This document shows positions 19,565-28,892 of a stretch of DNA of 64,000 nucleotides, in pieces. How positions within the stretch are numbered: the first letter of the stretch is position 1; each line of letters opens with the position of its first letter. The position numbers and the translations under genes are program-made. The notes below the pieces were generated by a model. The model worked only from the letters and a program-made list of their open reading frames with translations. It ran no database searches and was not told the DNA's origin. The DNA is from an uncultured Acidimicrobiales bacterium (GTDB lineage: Bacteria > Actinomycetota > Acidimicrobiia > Acidimicrobiales > SZUA-35): positions 38,788-102,787 of the forward strand of contig CAVQVO010000009.1 in the NCBI GenBank assembly GCA_963717115.1. Direction: 5' to 3'.

Positions 19565-20512
19565 TCAGTCGAGGTCGAGGTCGGCGTAGTCGACCCCCGA
19601 CAGGGCCACCGACTGCTCCCACAGCCGACGACCGGTCTCGGGATCGGTGGCGGCGGTCACCATCGGGATCTTGCGAGGCGGTCCGTAGTACTGACCCGGC
19701 AGCGACGGTCCGAAGTAGTCGCCTCCCCGAACCGCCGGGTCGACGGCGGCCCGCAACGTGGGTAGCGCCCCGATCGACGCCGGCTGGGTCACGAACCGGG
19801 CCCCCAGATCGACCACCGACTGCAGCACGCCGCCGAGCGCGAACCCGCTCTGGAGGTTGGTCGACGACAGCCCGGGGTGGGCGGCGACGGCGACGGTGCG
19901 ATCGGTGGCAAAGCGGCGCGCCAGCCGACGGTCGAGCTCGAGGGTGAACACCTGGTTGGCCAACTTGGTCGTCCCGTAGACCGTGAACCGTTCGTAGCCC
20001 GCCAGTGAGGTGGGATCGTGGTCGACGAGCGAGCCACTGTTGGCAGCCAGGCTCGAGACGCTCACCACTCGCGACGACGCCGTGGCGATCAGGACGGGGA
20101 GCAGGAGACCGGTCAGGGCGAAGTGGCCCAGATGGTTGCTGGCGAACTGCATCTCGACGCCATCGGCACTCAGTTGTGGTGGGGTGGCCATGATGCCGGC
20201 GTTGTTGATCAACCAATCGAGGCGATCGAGTCGACCGGTGAGCTCCTCGGCTCCGGCGCGAACCGACTCGAGGTCCGACAGGTCGAGTTCGACGACGTCG
20301 ACCTCGGCGCTCGGGTGTCGCCGGCGGACGGCCTCGGCGGCGGTGTGCCCCTTGGACGGGGTTCGCACGGCCATGACCACCCGGGCCCCGGCTCCGGCGA
20401 GGGACCGTGCGGTGGCGAGCCCCAGCCCGGAGTTCGCGCCCGTGATGACGGCGACCCGTCCCGACAGATCGGGGATGTCGTTGGCCGACCATCCGAACGA
20501 GGGACGGTTCAT
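19565..20512 (-). CDS. SDR oxidoreductase (retinol dehydrogenase-like)
   Basis: TGANSGLG, INNAG, NHLGHF, YGTTK, HPG. Confidence 0.92.
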   Translation of the reverse strand: MNRPSFGWSANDIPDLSGRVAVITGANSGLGLATARSLAGAGARVVMAVRTPSKGHTAAEAVRRRHPSAEVDVVELDLSDLESVRAGAEELTGRLDRLDWLINNAGIMATPPQLSADGVEMQFASNHLGHFALTGLLLPVLIATASSRVVSVSSLAANSGSLVDHDPTSLAGYERFTVYGTTKLANQVFTLELDRRLARRFATDRTVAVAAHPGLSSTNLQSGFALGGVLQSVVDLGARFVTQPASIGALPTLRAAVDPAVRGGDYFGPSLPGQYYGPPRKIPMVTAATDPETGRRLWEQSVALSGVDYADLDLD

Positions 20513-21546
20513 GATCGGGCTCCTGGGGTGGTGGGTACGCCGGCGGTCGACGCCCGGATGACGAGTTCGGTGCCGATGCGGACGTGCTCGGGTTCGCGAT
20601 GGGGGTTTCCGACGAGATCGGTGACCAGACGACCGGCACAGGACCCGATGACCCCGACGTCCTGGCGGACCGTCGTCAGATCGAACAGGGAGGCCATCGT
20701 GTTGTCGTCGAACCCGACCACCGCCACGTCGTCGGGGATCCGCAGGCCTCGTCGACGGGCCTCGGCGATCGCTCCGATCGCCATGTCGTCACTCATCGCG
20801 AACACCGCCGTCGGCGGCTCGTCGAGCTGCATCAGGTCGGCCATGGCCTCGATCCCGCCCTCCACCGTGAAGTCCCCGGCCCGGACGAGTTCGGGCCCGA
20901 TGAACAGGCCCATCTCGGCGAGTGCTCCCCGGAACCCCTCCTCGCGCAGCAGCGGCACCCGGAATCTGTGGAACCCGTGGTCACCGCTGATGATCCCGAT
21001 CCGGGTGTGACCCAGCTCGGCCAGATGACGAGCGGCCGTGGCCGCCGACTCCGACTCGTTGAGCGACAGCGACGGGAAGTGGCGGTTCTGCGACCCGATG
21101 GTCACGATCCGGGCCCCGGCGTCGAACAACCGCTGGGCCTGTTCGTCGGCCAGCCGGATGTCGACCAGCACGAGTGCGTCGCCCCGTTGGTACCAGGTTC
21201 CCCGCCCCGCCAGGAACCGTTCGCGGTCGTCCTCGGTCGTGATGGCGTAGAGCAACAGGTCCATGCCATGGTCCTTCACGACGGCGTCGATGGCGGCCAC
21301 CACGCTCGAGAAGTACCAGGTGTCGAACATCGGCACCGCAACGGCAACCGAACCGGCCCGCCCACTGGCGAGACGGGCCGCGGTGAGGTTGACGACGTAG
21401 TCGAGATCGGCAGCCACCTCGAGGACCCGGGCTCGGGTGGACGCAGCGACGTTGTCGAGGCCGCGCAGGGCTCGGCTGACCGTGGCCACCGACACACCGG
21501 CCGCCGACGCGACGTCGTCGATGGTCGCGGGCCGCGACGGGTTCAC
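20509..21546 (-). CDS. LacI-family transcriptional regulator
   Basis: TIDDVASAAGVSVATVSRAL, PTAVFAMSDDMAIG, VVGFDD, LTTVRQ. Confidence 0.94.
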   Translation of the reverse strand: MNPSRPATIDDVASAAGVSVATVSRALRGLDNVAASTRARVLEVAADLDYVVNLTAARLASGRAGSVAVAVPMFDTWYFSSVVAAIDAVVKDHGMDLLLYAITTEDDRERFLAGRGTWYQRGDALVLVDIRLADEQAQRLFDAGARIVTIGSQNRHFPSLSLNESESAATAARHLAELGHTRIGIISGDHGFHRFRVPLLREEGFRGALAEMGLFIGPELVRAGDFTVEGGIEAMADLMQLDEPPTAVFAMSDDMAIGAIAEARRRGLRIPDDVAVVGFDDNTMASLFDLTTVRQDVGVIGSCAGRLVTDLVGNPHREPEHVRIGTELVIRASTAGVPTTPGARS

Positions 21547-22439
21547 GGGAGAGGCACACCCTCGGCCGCCTGGAGCAGCGTGTACACGTCGGCTCGATCG
21601 AGGCGGACGCCGAGCGCCGCGCCGTAGCCGGCGAGCCGATCCGGATTCTGGCTGCCAACCAGCGCCACCGGCTTCGAGGGATGGGCCAACACCCAGGCCA
21701 GTGCGATGGCGGCCCGATCGACGCCTTCTCGTTCGGCGAGCGAGTCGAGCGCCGCGAGCAGGTCGGCCGACAGACCCTCGCCGGTGGCCAGGGCCCCACC
21801 CCCGAGTGGGCTCCAGGCCAACGGGGTGGTGCCCGCTTCCATGGCCCGGTCGAGGGTGCCGTCGCGCAGCGGATCGGTTTGCAGCAACGAGAACTGCGGT
21901 TGGTCGGTGGCGATGGCGAAATCGAGGTGGGCCTGGAGGGCGTCGGCCTGGCTGGGCAGATAGTTCGAGATGCCGACCTCGCCGATCTTGCCGGCATCCC
22001 GCAGGGCGGTCAGGGTCTCGGCCAGTTCCTCGGGATGGGTGTAGAAGTCGGGTCGATGGATCTGATAGAGGTCGACGTGCTCGACCCCGAGGCGCCGAAG
22101 GCTGTCTTCACAGGCCTGGGTGAGGTAGACCCGTCCGCTGTCGTACGGGACCGGCGGGGTGATCCCGCCCTTGGTGGCGAGCACCATGCGGTCTCGCAGG
22201 CCCGGACTGGCCGACAGCACCTTGCCGAGGATCTCCTCGTTGGCCCCGAATCCCGTCCCGCCCCAATCGAAGCCGTAGACGTCGGCGGTGTCGACGAGGT
22301 TCATGCCGGCCTCGAGCGCGGTCTCGATCAGGGTCGTCGCCTCGCCGACCGACGAATTGGTGAAACGCCAACAGCCGAATCCGATGGGACCGACGGTCGA
22401 TGCGCCGATGGCGCGGGGGGAGGAATCGATCAGCGACAT
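21543..22439 (-). CDS. Aldo/keto reductase (YdhF-like)
   Basis: DTADVYG, LATKGG, SLRRLGVEHVDLYQIHRPD, GISN, WSPLGGG. Confidence 0.92.
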   Translation of the reverse strand: MSLIDSSPRAIGASTVGPIGFGCWRFTNSSVGEATTLIETALEAGMNLVDTADVYGFDWGGTGFGANEEILGKVLSASPGLRDRMVLATKGGITPPVPYDSGRVYLTQACEDSLRRLGVEHVDLYQIHRPDFYTHPEELAETLTALRDAGKIGEVGISNYLPSQADALQAHLDFAIATDQPQFSLLQTDPLRDGTLDRAMEAGTTPLAWSPLGGGALATGEGLSADLLAALDSLAEREGVDRAAIALAWVLAHPSKPVALVGSQNPDRLAGYGAALGVRLDRADVYTLLQAAEGVPLP

Positions 22440-22473
22440 GCCTCGCACCATAGGACAAACGGACCGGTTTCGA

Positions 22474-22998
22474 TCACCGCAACTCGTGCGGTCGTTCGTG
22501 ATCGATGAGCCACCGCTTGACCTCGAGCCCGCCGGCGAACCCGGTGAGCGAACCATCGGCGCCGATCACCCGATGGCAGGGAACCACGATCGAGATGGGA
22601 TTCCGACCGTTGGCCGAGGCGACCGCTCGGACCGCCGTCGGCCGGTTGATGGCCCGGGCCTGCTGGGCGTAACTCGACGTCACGCCGAACGGGATCCGAC
22701 GCAACGAGTCCCAGACGGACCGCTGGAACTCGGTTCCCCGCAGGTCGAGGTCGAGATCGAAGTCGGTTCGTGCCCCGGCGAAGTACTCCTCGAGCTGACG
22801 CCGCAGTTCGTCGAAGACGGGGACCTCGGCGTCGACGAGCGTCTCGGCGGCGATCCGGACCCGGCGCAGCTCGGTCTCGAGGTCGGCCCACAGTACCGCC
22901 CGGAGTCCCGGGGACCCGGCCTCGTGGGTCGGCCGGTCGGCAAGCAGGTGGAGCGAACCGAAGGGGGCGTCGATCGTGGCGTGGGCGATGGTGGTCAT
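22474..22998 (-). CDS. ogt: Methylated-DNA--protein-cysteine S-methyltransferase
   Basis: GTEFQRSVW, IPFG, RAVASANGRNP, VPCHRVIG. Confidence 0.94.
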   Translation of the reverse strand: MTTIAHATIDAPFGSLHLLADRPTHEAGSPGLRAVLWADLETELRRVRIAAETLVDAEVPVFDELRRQLEEYFAGARTDFDLDLDLRGTEFQRSVWDSLRRIPFGVTSSYAQQARAINRPTAVRAVASANGRNPISIVVPCHRVIGADGSLTGFAGGLEVKRWLIDHERPHELR

Positions 22999-24539
22999 GG
23001 TGTCCTCGGCAGGGTTCTCGTCGGGGGCAGGGTCTTCGGGGGCAGGGTCTTCGGGGGCAGGGTCTTCGGGGCAGGGTGGAGGTAGGCGTTCCAGAGGTGA
23101 TGCATGGCGTAGGAACGCCAGGGCCGCCAGCGTTGGGCGGCCAGGGCGAGGTCGGAATCGAGTCCACGATCGGCGGCCACGCGGACCAGGGCGAGGTCGG
23201 TGGGAGCGAAGGCGTCGGGATCGGCCAGACCCCGCATCGACACGATCGTCGCGGTCCACGGTCCGACGCCCTTCAGCGCCAGCAGCGCGGCGCGAACCTC
23301 GGCCCGATCGGCCGAGGGAGACACGTCGAGCGTGCCGTCGGCGAGTGCGGTCGCCGCCCGCACCAACGTGGCGGCCCGGGCGGTGGTCAGACCGAGCGAC
23401 CCGGGATCCTGGGACGCCCACGTCGTCGCGGCGGGGAAGACGGTCGTCACCCCGCCGACCGGATGCTCCAGGGGTTCCCCGAGGCGGGCGACGAGCCGGC
23501 CGGCCATGGCCCTGGCGCTGGCCACCGAGACCTGCTGATGCAGGACCGCTCGGATCACGGCGTCGTCACCCGACACCTCACCGGGCGAGCGGAGGCCGGG
23601 TCGTCGGGCCACCAGATCGCCGAGCAGCGGATCCGATCCGAGCGTGTCGTTGATCACCCGCGGATCGGCGTCGAGATCGAGCAACCGGCGAATGGCGTGC
23701 ACGGCGACGGCCAGGTCCGCGAAGTCGGTGAGCCGGATCCGTGCCTCGATCCAGGCTCCCACGGGCTCGAGCTCGATCACTGCGGGGCCACCGGGCAGAC
23801 GGAGACTGCGGCGGTAGCGCGTGCCGTCGACCTCCTCGACGCCGGACACGGCGTGGATCGCCAACCAGTGCCACACCTGGTCGACGTCGAAGGGCGGCCG
23901 GAGCCCGAGTCGCAGCGAGATCCATGATCCCTCGTTCCCGAGCTCGTCCCGGCGGCCCCCGCGCCGGCCGCGGAGTTCGGTCGGCGTTCGGGCGAAGACC
24001 TCGCGAACGGTGTCGTTGAACTGTCTCACACTGTCGAAGCCGGCCGCGAAGGCGACATCGGTGAACGGCAGCTCGGTGGTCTCGATCAGGATCCGAGCCG
24101 TACGGGCCCGGCGGGCCCGGGCGAGAGCCAGTGGCCCCACGCCCAGCTCGGCGGTCAGCAACCGATGGAGGTGCCGGGAACTGACGTTCATTCGACGAGC
24201 GAGTCCGACGACCCCGCTGCGATCGACGACCCCGTCGTCGATGGCCCGGATCGTCCGGGCCACGAGATCGTCTCGGCGGTTCCATTCCGGTGAGCCGGGC
24301 GAGGCATCGGGCGCGCACCGCTTGCAGGCCCGGAAACCGGCCGCCTGGGCCGACGCAGGTGTCGGGAAGAACGCCATGTTGGCCCGCTTGGGTCGAACGG
24401 GTGTCGGGCAGCTCGGTCGGCAGTAGATCCCGGTCGACCGAACCCCGACGATCACCCATCCGTCGAATCGCGGGTCCCGACTCTCGACGGCCACCATCCA
24501 GGCTTCGAGTGGCTTCTCGGGGGCGGCGGCGGAATCCAT
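22995..24539 (-). CDS. alkA: Ada/AlkA fusion: Ada Zn domain, AraC HTH and 3-methyladenine glycosylase
   Basis: TGIYCRPSCP, GFRACKRC, AGFDSVRQFN, QQVSV, GVGPWTA, WRPWRSYA. Confidence 0.93.
   Translation of the reverse strand: MDSAAAPEKPLEAWMVAVESRDPRFDGWVIVGVRSTGIYCRPSCPTPVRPKRANMAFFPTPASAQAAGFRACKRCAPDASPGSPEWNRRDDLVARTIRAIDDGVVDRSGVVGLARRMNVSSRHLHRLLTAELGVGPLALARARRARTARILIETTELPFTDVAFAAGFDSVRQFNDTVREVFARTPTELRGRRGGRRDELGNEGSWISLRLGLRPPFDVDQVWHWLAIHAVSGVEEVDGTRYRRSLRLPGGPAVIELEPVGAWIEARIRLTDFADLAVAVHAIRRLLDLDADPRVINDTLGSDPLLGDLVARRPGLRSPGEVSGDDAVIRAVLHQQVSVASARAMAGRLVARLGEPLEHPVGGVTTVFPAATTWASQDPGSLGLTTARAATLVRAATALADGTLDVSPSADRAEVRAALLALKGVGPWTATIVSMRGLADPDAFAPTDLALVRVAADRGLDSDLALAAQRWRPWRSYAMHHLWNAYLHPAPKTLPPKTLPPKTLPPTRTLPRTP
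23006..23077. repeat. 15-bp tandem repeat TCGGGGGCAGGGTCT (3 perfect copies plus degenerate copies) in the alkA 3' end
   Basis: Perfect copies at 23021, 23036 and 23051; encodes PKTLP repeats. Confidence 0.9.
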
Positions 24540-24626
24540 GGCTGCATCCTGCCGCCTCGAGTCGGTATTGACGAGCGGGAATCGGACAGCTCGGTATCGT
24601 GTCCATTCGATGGTTGACTGACCGCC

Positions 24627-25625
24627 ATGCTTCCGCCGATGGTCGACTTCGCCGCTCGCAACACCCCGATCCGGCCCGCCGATCGACTGGCCGCCGCCCT
24701 CGGACTGGGACCGGGACGACTGTGGTTCAAACGCGACGACCTGACCGGTCTCGCCGGCGGTGGGAACAAGGCCCGCAAGCTCGAACTGCTGGTGGGCGAT
24801 GCCGTGCGGCAGGACTGCGATGTGCTGGTGACCGCAGGCGCCGCCCAGTCGAACCATGTTCGGGCCACCGGATCGGCCGCCCGGGCGTCGGGCCTCGACT
24901 GTGTCGCCGTGTTGGCCGAACGCGAACCCCGCACCGTGGCCGAGGGCAATCTCGTGCTCGACGACCTCTTCGGGATCGAGGTCGTGTGGACGACGGTGGC
25001 CGAGCGCCATGCGGCCTTCGACGACACGATCGCCCGTCTCCGGGCCGCCGGGAGGAACCCCTACCCGATCCCGCTGGGGGGCTCATCCCCCATCGGCGCC
25101 GCGGCCTACGCCTCGTGCGCCACCGAGATCGAACTCGCCCTCGACGCTGCCGGTTCGGTCCGCCCGCTGGTGATCACCGCGGTCGGCACCGGTGGGACCT
25201 ACGCCGGGCTGGCCGCCGGGTTCGGCGATTACGAGCAGGTCCTGGGATTCGACGTCGCCGCCGTTCCCGATGTCGAGCGAGCCGTGCCGCCCCTGGCCGA
25301 TGCCGTGGCCGATCTCCTCGGACGCGGTCGTCCGACGGGATCGGTTCGAATCGACACGAGCCAGGCCGTCCTGCCCTACGGCGAGCCCTTCGACGCCCTC
25401 TTCGATGCCGTGCGGCTGGTGGCCCGAACCGAAGGGGTCGTGCTCGATCCGGTCTACTCGGGCCGGGCCATGACCGGGTTCATCGCCGGTTGCGAACGGG
25501 GCGACTTCGCCGACGACGACACCATCGTGTTCCTCCACACCGGCGGGATGCCGGCCCTGTTCACCGCTCGGTACCGGTCCCGGTTCTCGATGCCGAGCGC
25601 ACTGACCGACCGGCCGCCGGTCTAG
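24627..25625 (+). CDS. D-cysteine desulfhydrase / ACC deaminase family PLP enzyme
   Basis: KRDDLTGLAGGGNKARKLE, QSNH, GTGGT, LDPVYSG, LHTGG. Alternative start at 24639. Confidence 0.9.
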   Translation: MLPPMVDFAARNTPIRPADRLAAALGLGPGRLWFKRDDLTGLAGGGNKARKLELLVGDAVRQDCDVLVTAGAAQSNHVRATGSAARASGLDCVAVLAEREPRTVAEGNLVLDDLFGIEVVWTTVAERHAAFDDTIARLRAAGRNPYPIPLGGSSPIGAAAYASCATEIELALDAAGSVRPLVITAVGTGGTYAGLAAGFGDYEQVLGFDVAAVPDVERAVPPLADAVADLLGRGRPTGSVRIDTSQAVLPYGEPFDALFDAVRLVARTEGVVLDPVYSGRAMTGFIAGCERGDFADDDTIVFLHTGGMPALFTARYRSRFSMPSALTDRPPV

Positions 25626-26710
25626 GACGCATTGCGGATCACACCGACCACCTCGCAGGTGTGGTCTTCGGCGAAGGGCGAGGTCGAGAAGACGTCGCCG
25701 GGAGCCGTCTCGCCGCTGCGGACCGCCCCGATGTAGGCGCTGCCGGATCCACGACGAACTCCTTCGGGGTCGATGAAGGCGACGTCGATGGAATAGTCGC
25801 TCGTCTCGGAGCTGGCGTTGGTGGCCGACACGGTTGCGACGAAGTCACCGAAGAAATCGGCTTCGGGGTCGATCGAACAGGCGCTGATCTCGGCCAGTTC
25901 CTCCGGGTCGCTCTCGGCCGCGAACCGCTCGACGTCGATGACCTCACACACGGTGCCCGCCTCCTCGAAGACGTAGTACTCCTCGATCGATCGTTCCCCG
26001 GGACGGAGGTGGTCGAGGAAGCTGGACTCGTCGGCGACTCGGGTCCCGGCATCGTCGAAGAACCCGATCGTCAGGAAGTAGGACGAGGTCTCGGGTGAGT
26101 TGTTGACCATCTCGAGCACGATCGCGTCGGGGGCGATGCGGCTGCACGACACGGCGTCGTCGGCCTCGCTGCCGGTCGAGGGTTCGTCGGTCTGGGCCGG
26201 CACCGTCGTGGCGGGCTCGTCGGCGGGGTCGTCGGCGGGCTCGTCGGCGGGGTCGTCGGACGGGGCGTCGTCGGATTGGGCGTCGGGAGCGGTCGTTTCC
26301 CCGGTGACCGTGGTGCCGGTCGTCGTGGTGGCCCCGGTGCCGACCTCGTCGTCGTCGCCGCCGGTGGCGGCAACGACGGCGATCGCGGCCACGGCGATGA
26401 GGACCACCACGCCGGCGAGGGCGAGTACCACCCCGCTGCTGATCCCGAAACAGCCCGACTTCTTGCCGCCTGCCTCGCCGATGTCGGGCGAGGAGTACTC
26501 GGCGATCGGACCGCCGAACGGTGCCGGAGGGGGACCCTCCGGGGCGGGCGGTGGGGACGGCGGCGCGAAGGGCTGCGGTTCCGGCGCCGGAGTGGGCGGC
26601 GCGATCGCGCGGGTCTCGGCCCCCCACTGCGAGCCGTCCCACCAGCGCTCCATGCCGGCCTGGGTCGGGTCTTCGTACCATCCCGCCGGGGGCAGGCCTC
26701 CGTCACTCAT
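25622..26710 (-). CDS. DUF2510 membrane-anchored protein with two tandem FxLYD-like extracellular domains
   Basis: PAGWYEDP...RWWDGSQW, Pro-rich linker, one TM helix, acidic linker, then two similar domains (NNSPETSSYFLTIGFFDDAG / NASSETSDYSIDVAFIDPEG). Confidence 0.8.
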   Translation of the reverse strand: MSDGGLPPAGWYEDPTQAGMERWWDGSQWGAETRAIAPPTPAPEPQPFAPPSPPPAPEGPPPAPFGGPIAEYSSPDIGEAGGKKSGCFGISSGVVLALAGVVVLIAVAAIAVVAATGGDDDEVGTGATTTTGTTVTGETTAPDAQSDDAPSDDPADEPADDPADEPATTVPAQTDEPSTGSEADDAVSCSRIAPDAIVLEMVNNSPETSSYFLTIGFFDDAGTRVADESSFLDHLRPGERSIEEYYVFEEAGTVCEVIDVERFAAESDPEELAEISACSIDPEADFFGDFVATVSATNASSETSDYSIDVAFIDPEGVRRGSGSAYIGAVRSGETAPGDVFSTSPFAEDHTCEVVGVIRNAS

Positions 26711-26782
26711 CGGCCACTCCTTCGTCCGAGCAGCCGATGGTAGGACGAATTCGCCGAGGTTTCGGGTGATCCCCGAAGACGG

Positions 26783-28291
26783 TCAGTCCCGGGTGACGCT
26801 GACGTCGTGTGGATGGCTCTCGCGGAGACCGGCCCCGGTGATCCGGACCAGGCGGGTGCGTTCCCGGAGTTCGGTCAGGTCGGCGGCTCCGGCATACCCC
26901 ATCCCGGAACGCAGCCCGCCGACCAACTGCGACATCAGCTCGCTCAGCGCGCCCGAGTACCGGACCCGGGCTTCGACACCCTCGGCCACGTGCTTGCCCG
27001 GAGCCTGACCGGTCCCGTAGCGGTCGGTCGCCCGACCCCGCATCGCCCCGGCCGATCCCATGCCCCGGTAGGTCTTCCACATGGCGCCGTCGACCAGTTC
27101 GAGGTCGCCCGGGGCTTCGTCGACCCCGGCCAGCAGGTTGCCGAGCATGACCGCATCGGCGCCGGCGGCGAAGGCCTTCACGATGTCGCCCGACGACACC
27201 ACACCCCCGTCGGCGATGATGGGCAGGGCACGGTCGGTGCCACGGTGCCGGCGAGCGGCCTGCGCGCACTCGTAGATGGCACTCATCTGGGGCATACCGG
27301 CCCCGGCGACGATGCGGGTCGTGCAGATCGATCCGGCACCCACCCCGACCTTGACCATGTCGGACCCGGCCTCGACCATGGCGTCGACCCCTTCGGCGGT
27401 GACCACGTTGCCCCCGATCACCAGGACGTGGGGCCACCCCTTCTTGATGATCCGGATGGCGTCGATCACGCCCCGGGTGTGCCCGTGGGCGGTGTCGATG
27501 ACGAGCATGTCGACGCCGGCGGCGGCCAGGGCCTCGGCCCGCTCGGCGGTGTCGGTGACCCCGACGGCGGCCCCCACGCAGAGCCGCCCGTCGGCATCGA
27601 GGGTCGCGTCGGGCTTCTCGATGCGCTTGTTGATGTCCTTGACGGTGATGAGACCCGAGAGCCGGCCCTCGTCGTCGACCAGCGGCAGCTTCTCGATCCG
27701 GTGCTTGTGCAGGATCGCGACGGCCTCGTCGAGGGTCGTGCCGATCGGGGCCGTGACCAGCGGAGCGTGGGTCATGTAGTCGGTGACGCGGCGCTCGTAC
27801 TCGTCGGCCCCGCAGAACCGGATGTCGCGGTTGGTGAGGATGCCGAGGAGGTGGTCGTCGTCGTCGCAGATCGGGACACCCGAGATCTTGTGCCGGTTCA
27901 TGATGACCTCGGCGTCGGCGAGCGTGGCGCCCGGCCCGAGGCGGACGGGGGCCGAGATCATGCCCGACTGGGCCTTCTTCACGCGTTCGACGTGCTCGGC
28001 CTGTTCGTCGACCGAGAGGTTCCGGTGCAGCACCCCGATGCCACCTTCGCGGGCCAGCGCCACGGCCAGGGGCGCCTCGGTGACGGTGTCCATCGCCGCC
28101 GACATGAGCGGGATCCGCAGGGTCAGCCTGCCGAGGTCGGTCGTGGTGTCGACGTCGTGGGGCAGCACCTCGCTCCAGCCGGGCACCACGAGCAGGTCGT
28201 CGAAGGTCAGGGCCTCGGCGCCACGGAACACCCGTTCGTTGAGGGAACCGGCGTCGTCGGCGCGTGCGTCGTGGAAGGAGTCGGTGGTCAT
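26783..28291 (-). CDS. guaB: IMP dehydrogenase with CBS pair
   Basis: [43 protein letters not shown]. Confidence 0.96.
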   Translation of the reverse strand: MTTDSFHDARADDAGSLNERVFRGAEALTFDDLLVVPGWSEVLPHDVDTTTDLGRLTLRIPLMSAAMDTVTEAPLAVALAREGGIGVLHRNLSVDEQAEHVERVKKAQSGMISAPVRLGPGATLADAEVIMNRHKISGVPICDDDDHLLGILTNRDIRFCGADEYERRVTDYMTHAPLVTAPIGTTLDEAVAILHKHRIEKLPLVDDEGRLSGLITVKDINKRIEKPDATLDADGRLCVGAAVGVTDTAERAEALAAAGVDMLVIDTAHGHTRGVIDAIRIIKKGWPHVLVIGGNVVTAEGVDAMVEAGSDMVKVGVGAGSICTTRIVAGAGMPQMSAIYECAQAARRHRGTDRALPIIADGGVVSSGDIVKAFAAGADAVMLGNLLAGVDEAPGDLELVDGAMWKTYRGMGSAGAMRGRATDRYGTGQAPGKHVAEGVEARVRYSGALSELMSQLVGGLRSGMGYAGAADLTELRERTRLVRITGAGLRESHPHDVSVTRD

Positions 28292-28298
28292 GGGTACC

Positions 28299-28892
28299 TC
28301 ACGGGGAGACGGTCTGGAGCGCGATCTCGATGGCCTTCACGATGGCACGGTGTTCGACGGTGTGGACCCGCGCCTCGAAGGTCTCGGCGGTGTCGCCGGG
28401 CTCGAAGGGCACGGGCTCGGCGATGATGACCGGACCGTCGTCGACCCCGTCGTCGGGCACCCAGTGGACCATCACGCCCGACTCGGTGATCGCCCCGGCT
28501 TCCCAGGCGGCGAAGGCCTCGTCGATGGCGTGGGCACCGGGGAACGTCCCGGGGAGGGCCGGATGCAGGTTGATCACTCGGAAGGCCTCGACGAAGGTCG
28601 TGGTGAGGATGCGCATCCAGCCGGCGAGCACCACCAGGTCGGGTCGGTGCGGGGCGACGGCCTCGACCAGACGGGCGTCGTAGTCGACCCGTGACTCGTC
28701 GACCCGTCGCTCGAGCACGATGGCCGGAACACCGGCGGCCCGGGCTCGGGTCAGGCCACCGGCCTCGGCCCGATTCGAGACCACGGCGACGACCTCGACG
28801 TCGTCGGGGCGCCGTCCCGCCGGACCGAAGGCGTCGAGGATGGCCTGCAGGTTGGTTCCACCGCCCGAGACGAGGATCACGAGCCGGTTCAC
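28299..28892 (-). CDS. purN: Phosphoribosylglycinamide formyltransferase
   Basis: SGGGTNLQA, LAGWMRIL, INLHPAL, GVMVHWV, VDDGP. Confidence 0.95.
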   Translation of the reverse strand: MNRLVILVSGGGTNLQAILDAFGPAGRRPDDVEVVAVVSNRAEAGGLTRARAAGVPAIVLERRVDESRVDYDARLVEAVAPHRPDLVVLAGWMRILTTTFVEAFRVINLHPALPGTFPGAHAIDEAFAAWEAGAITESGVMVHWVPDDGVDDGPVIIAEPVPFEPGDTAETFEARVHTVEHRAIVKAIEIALQTVSP

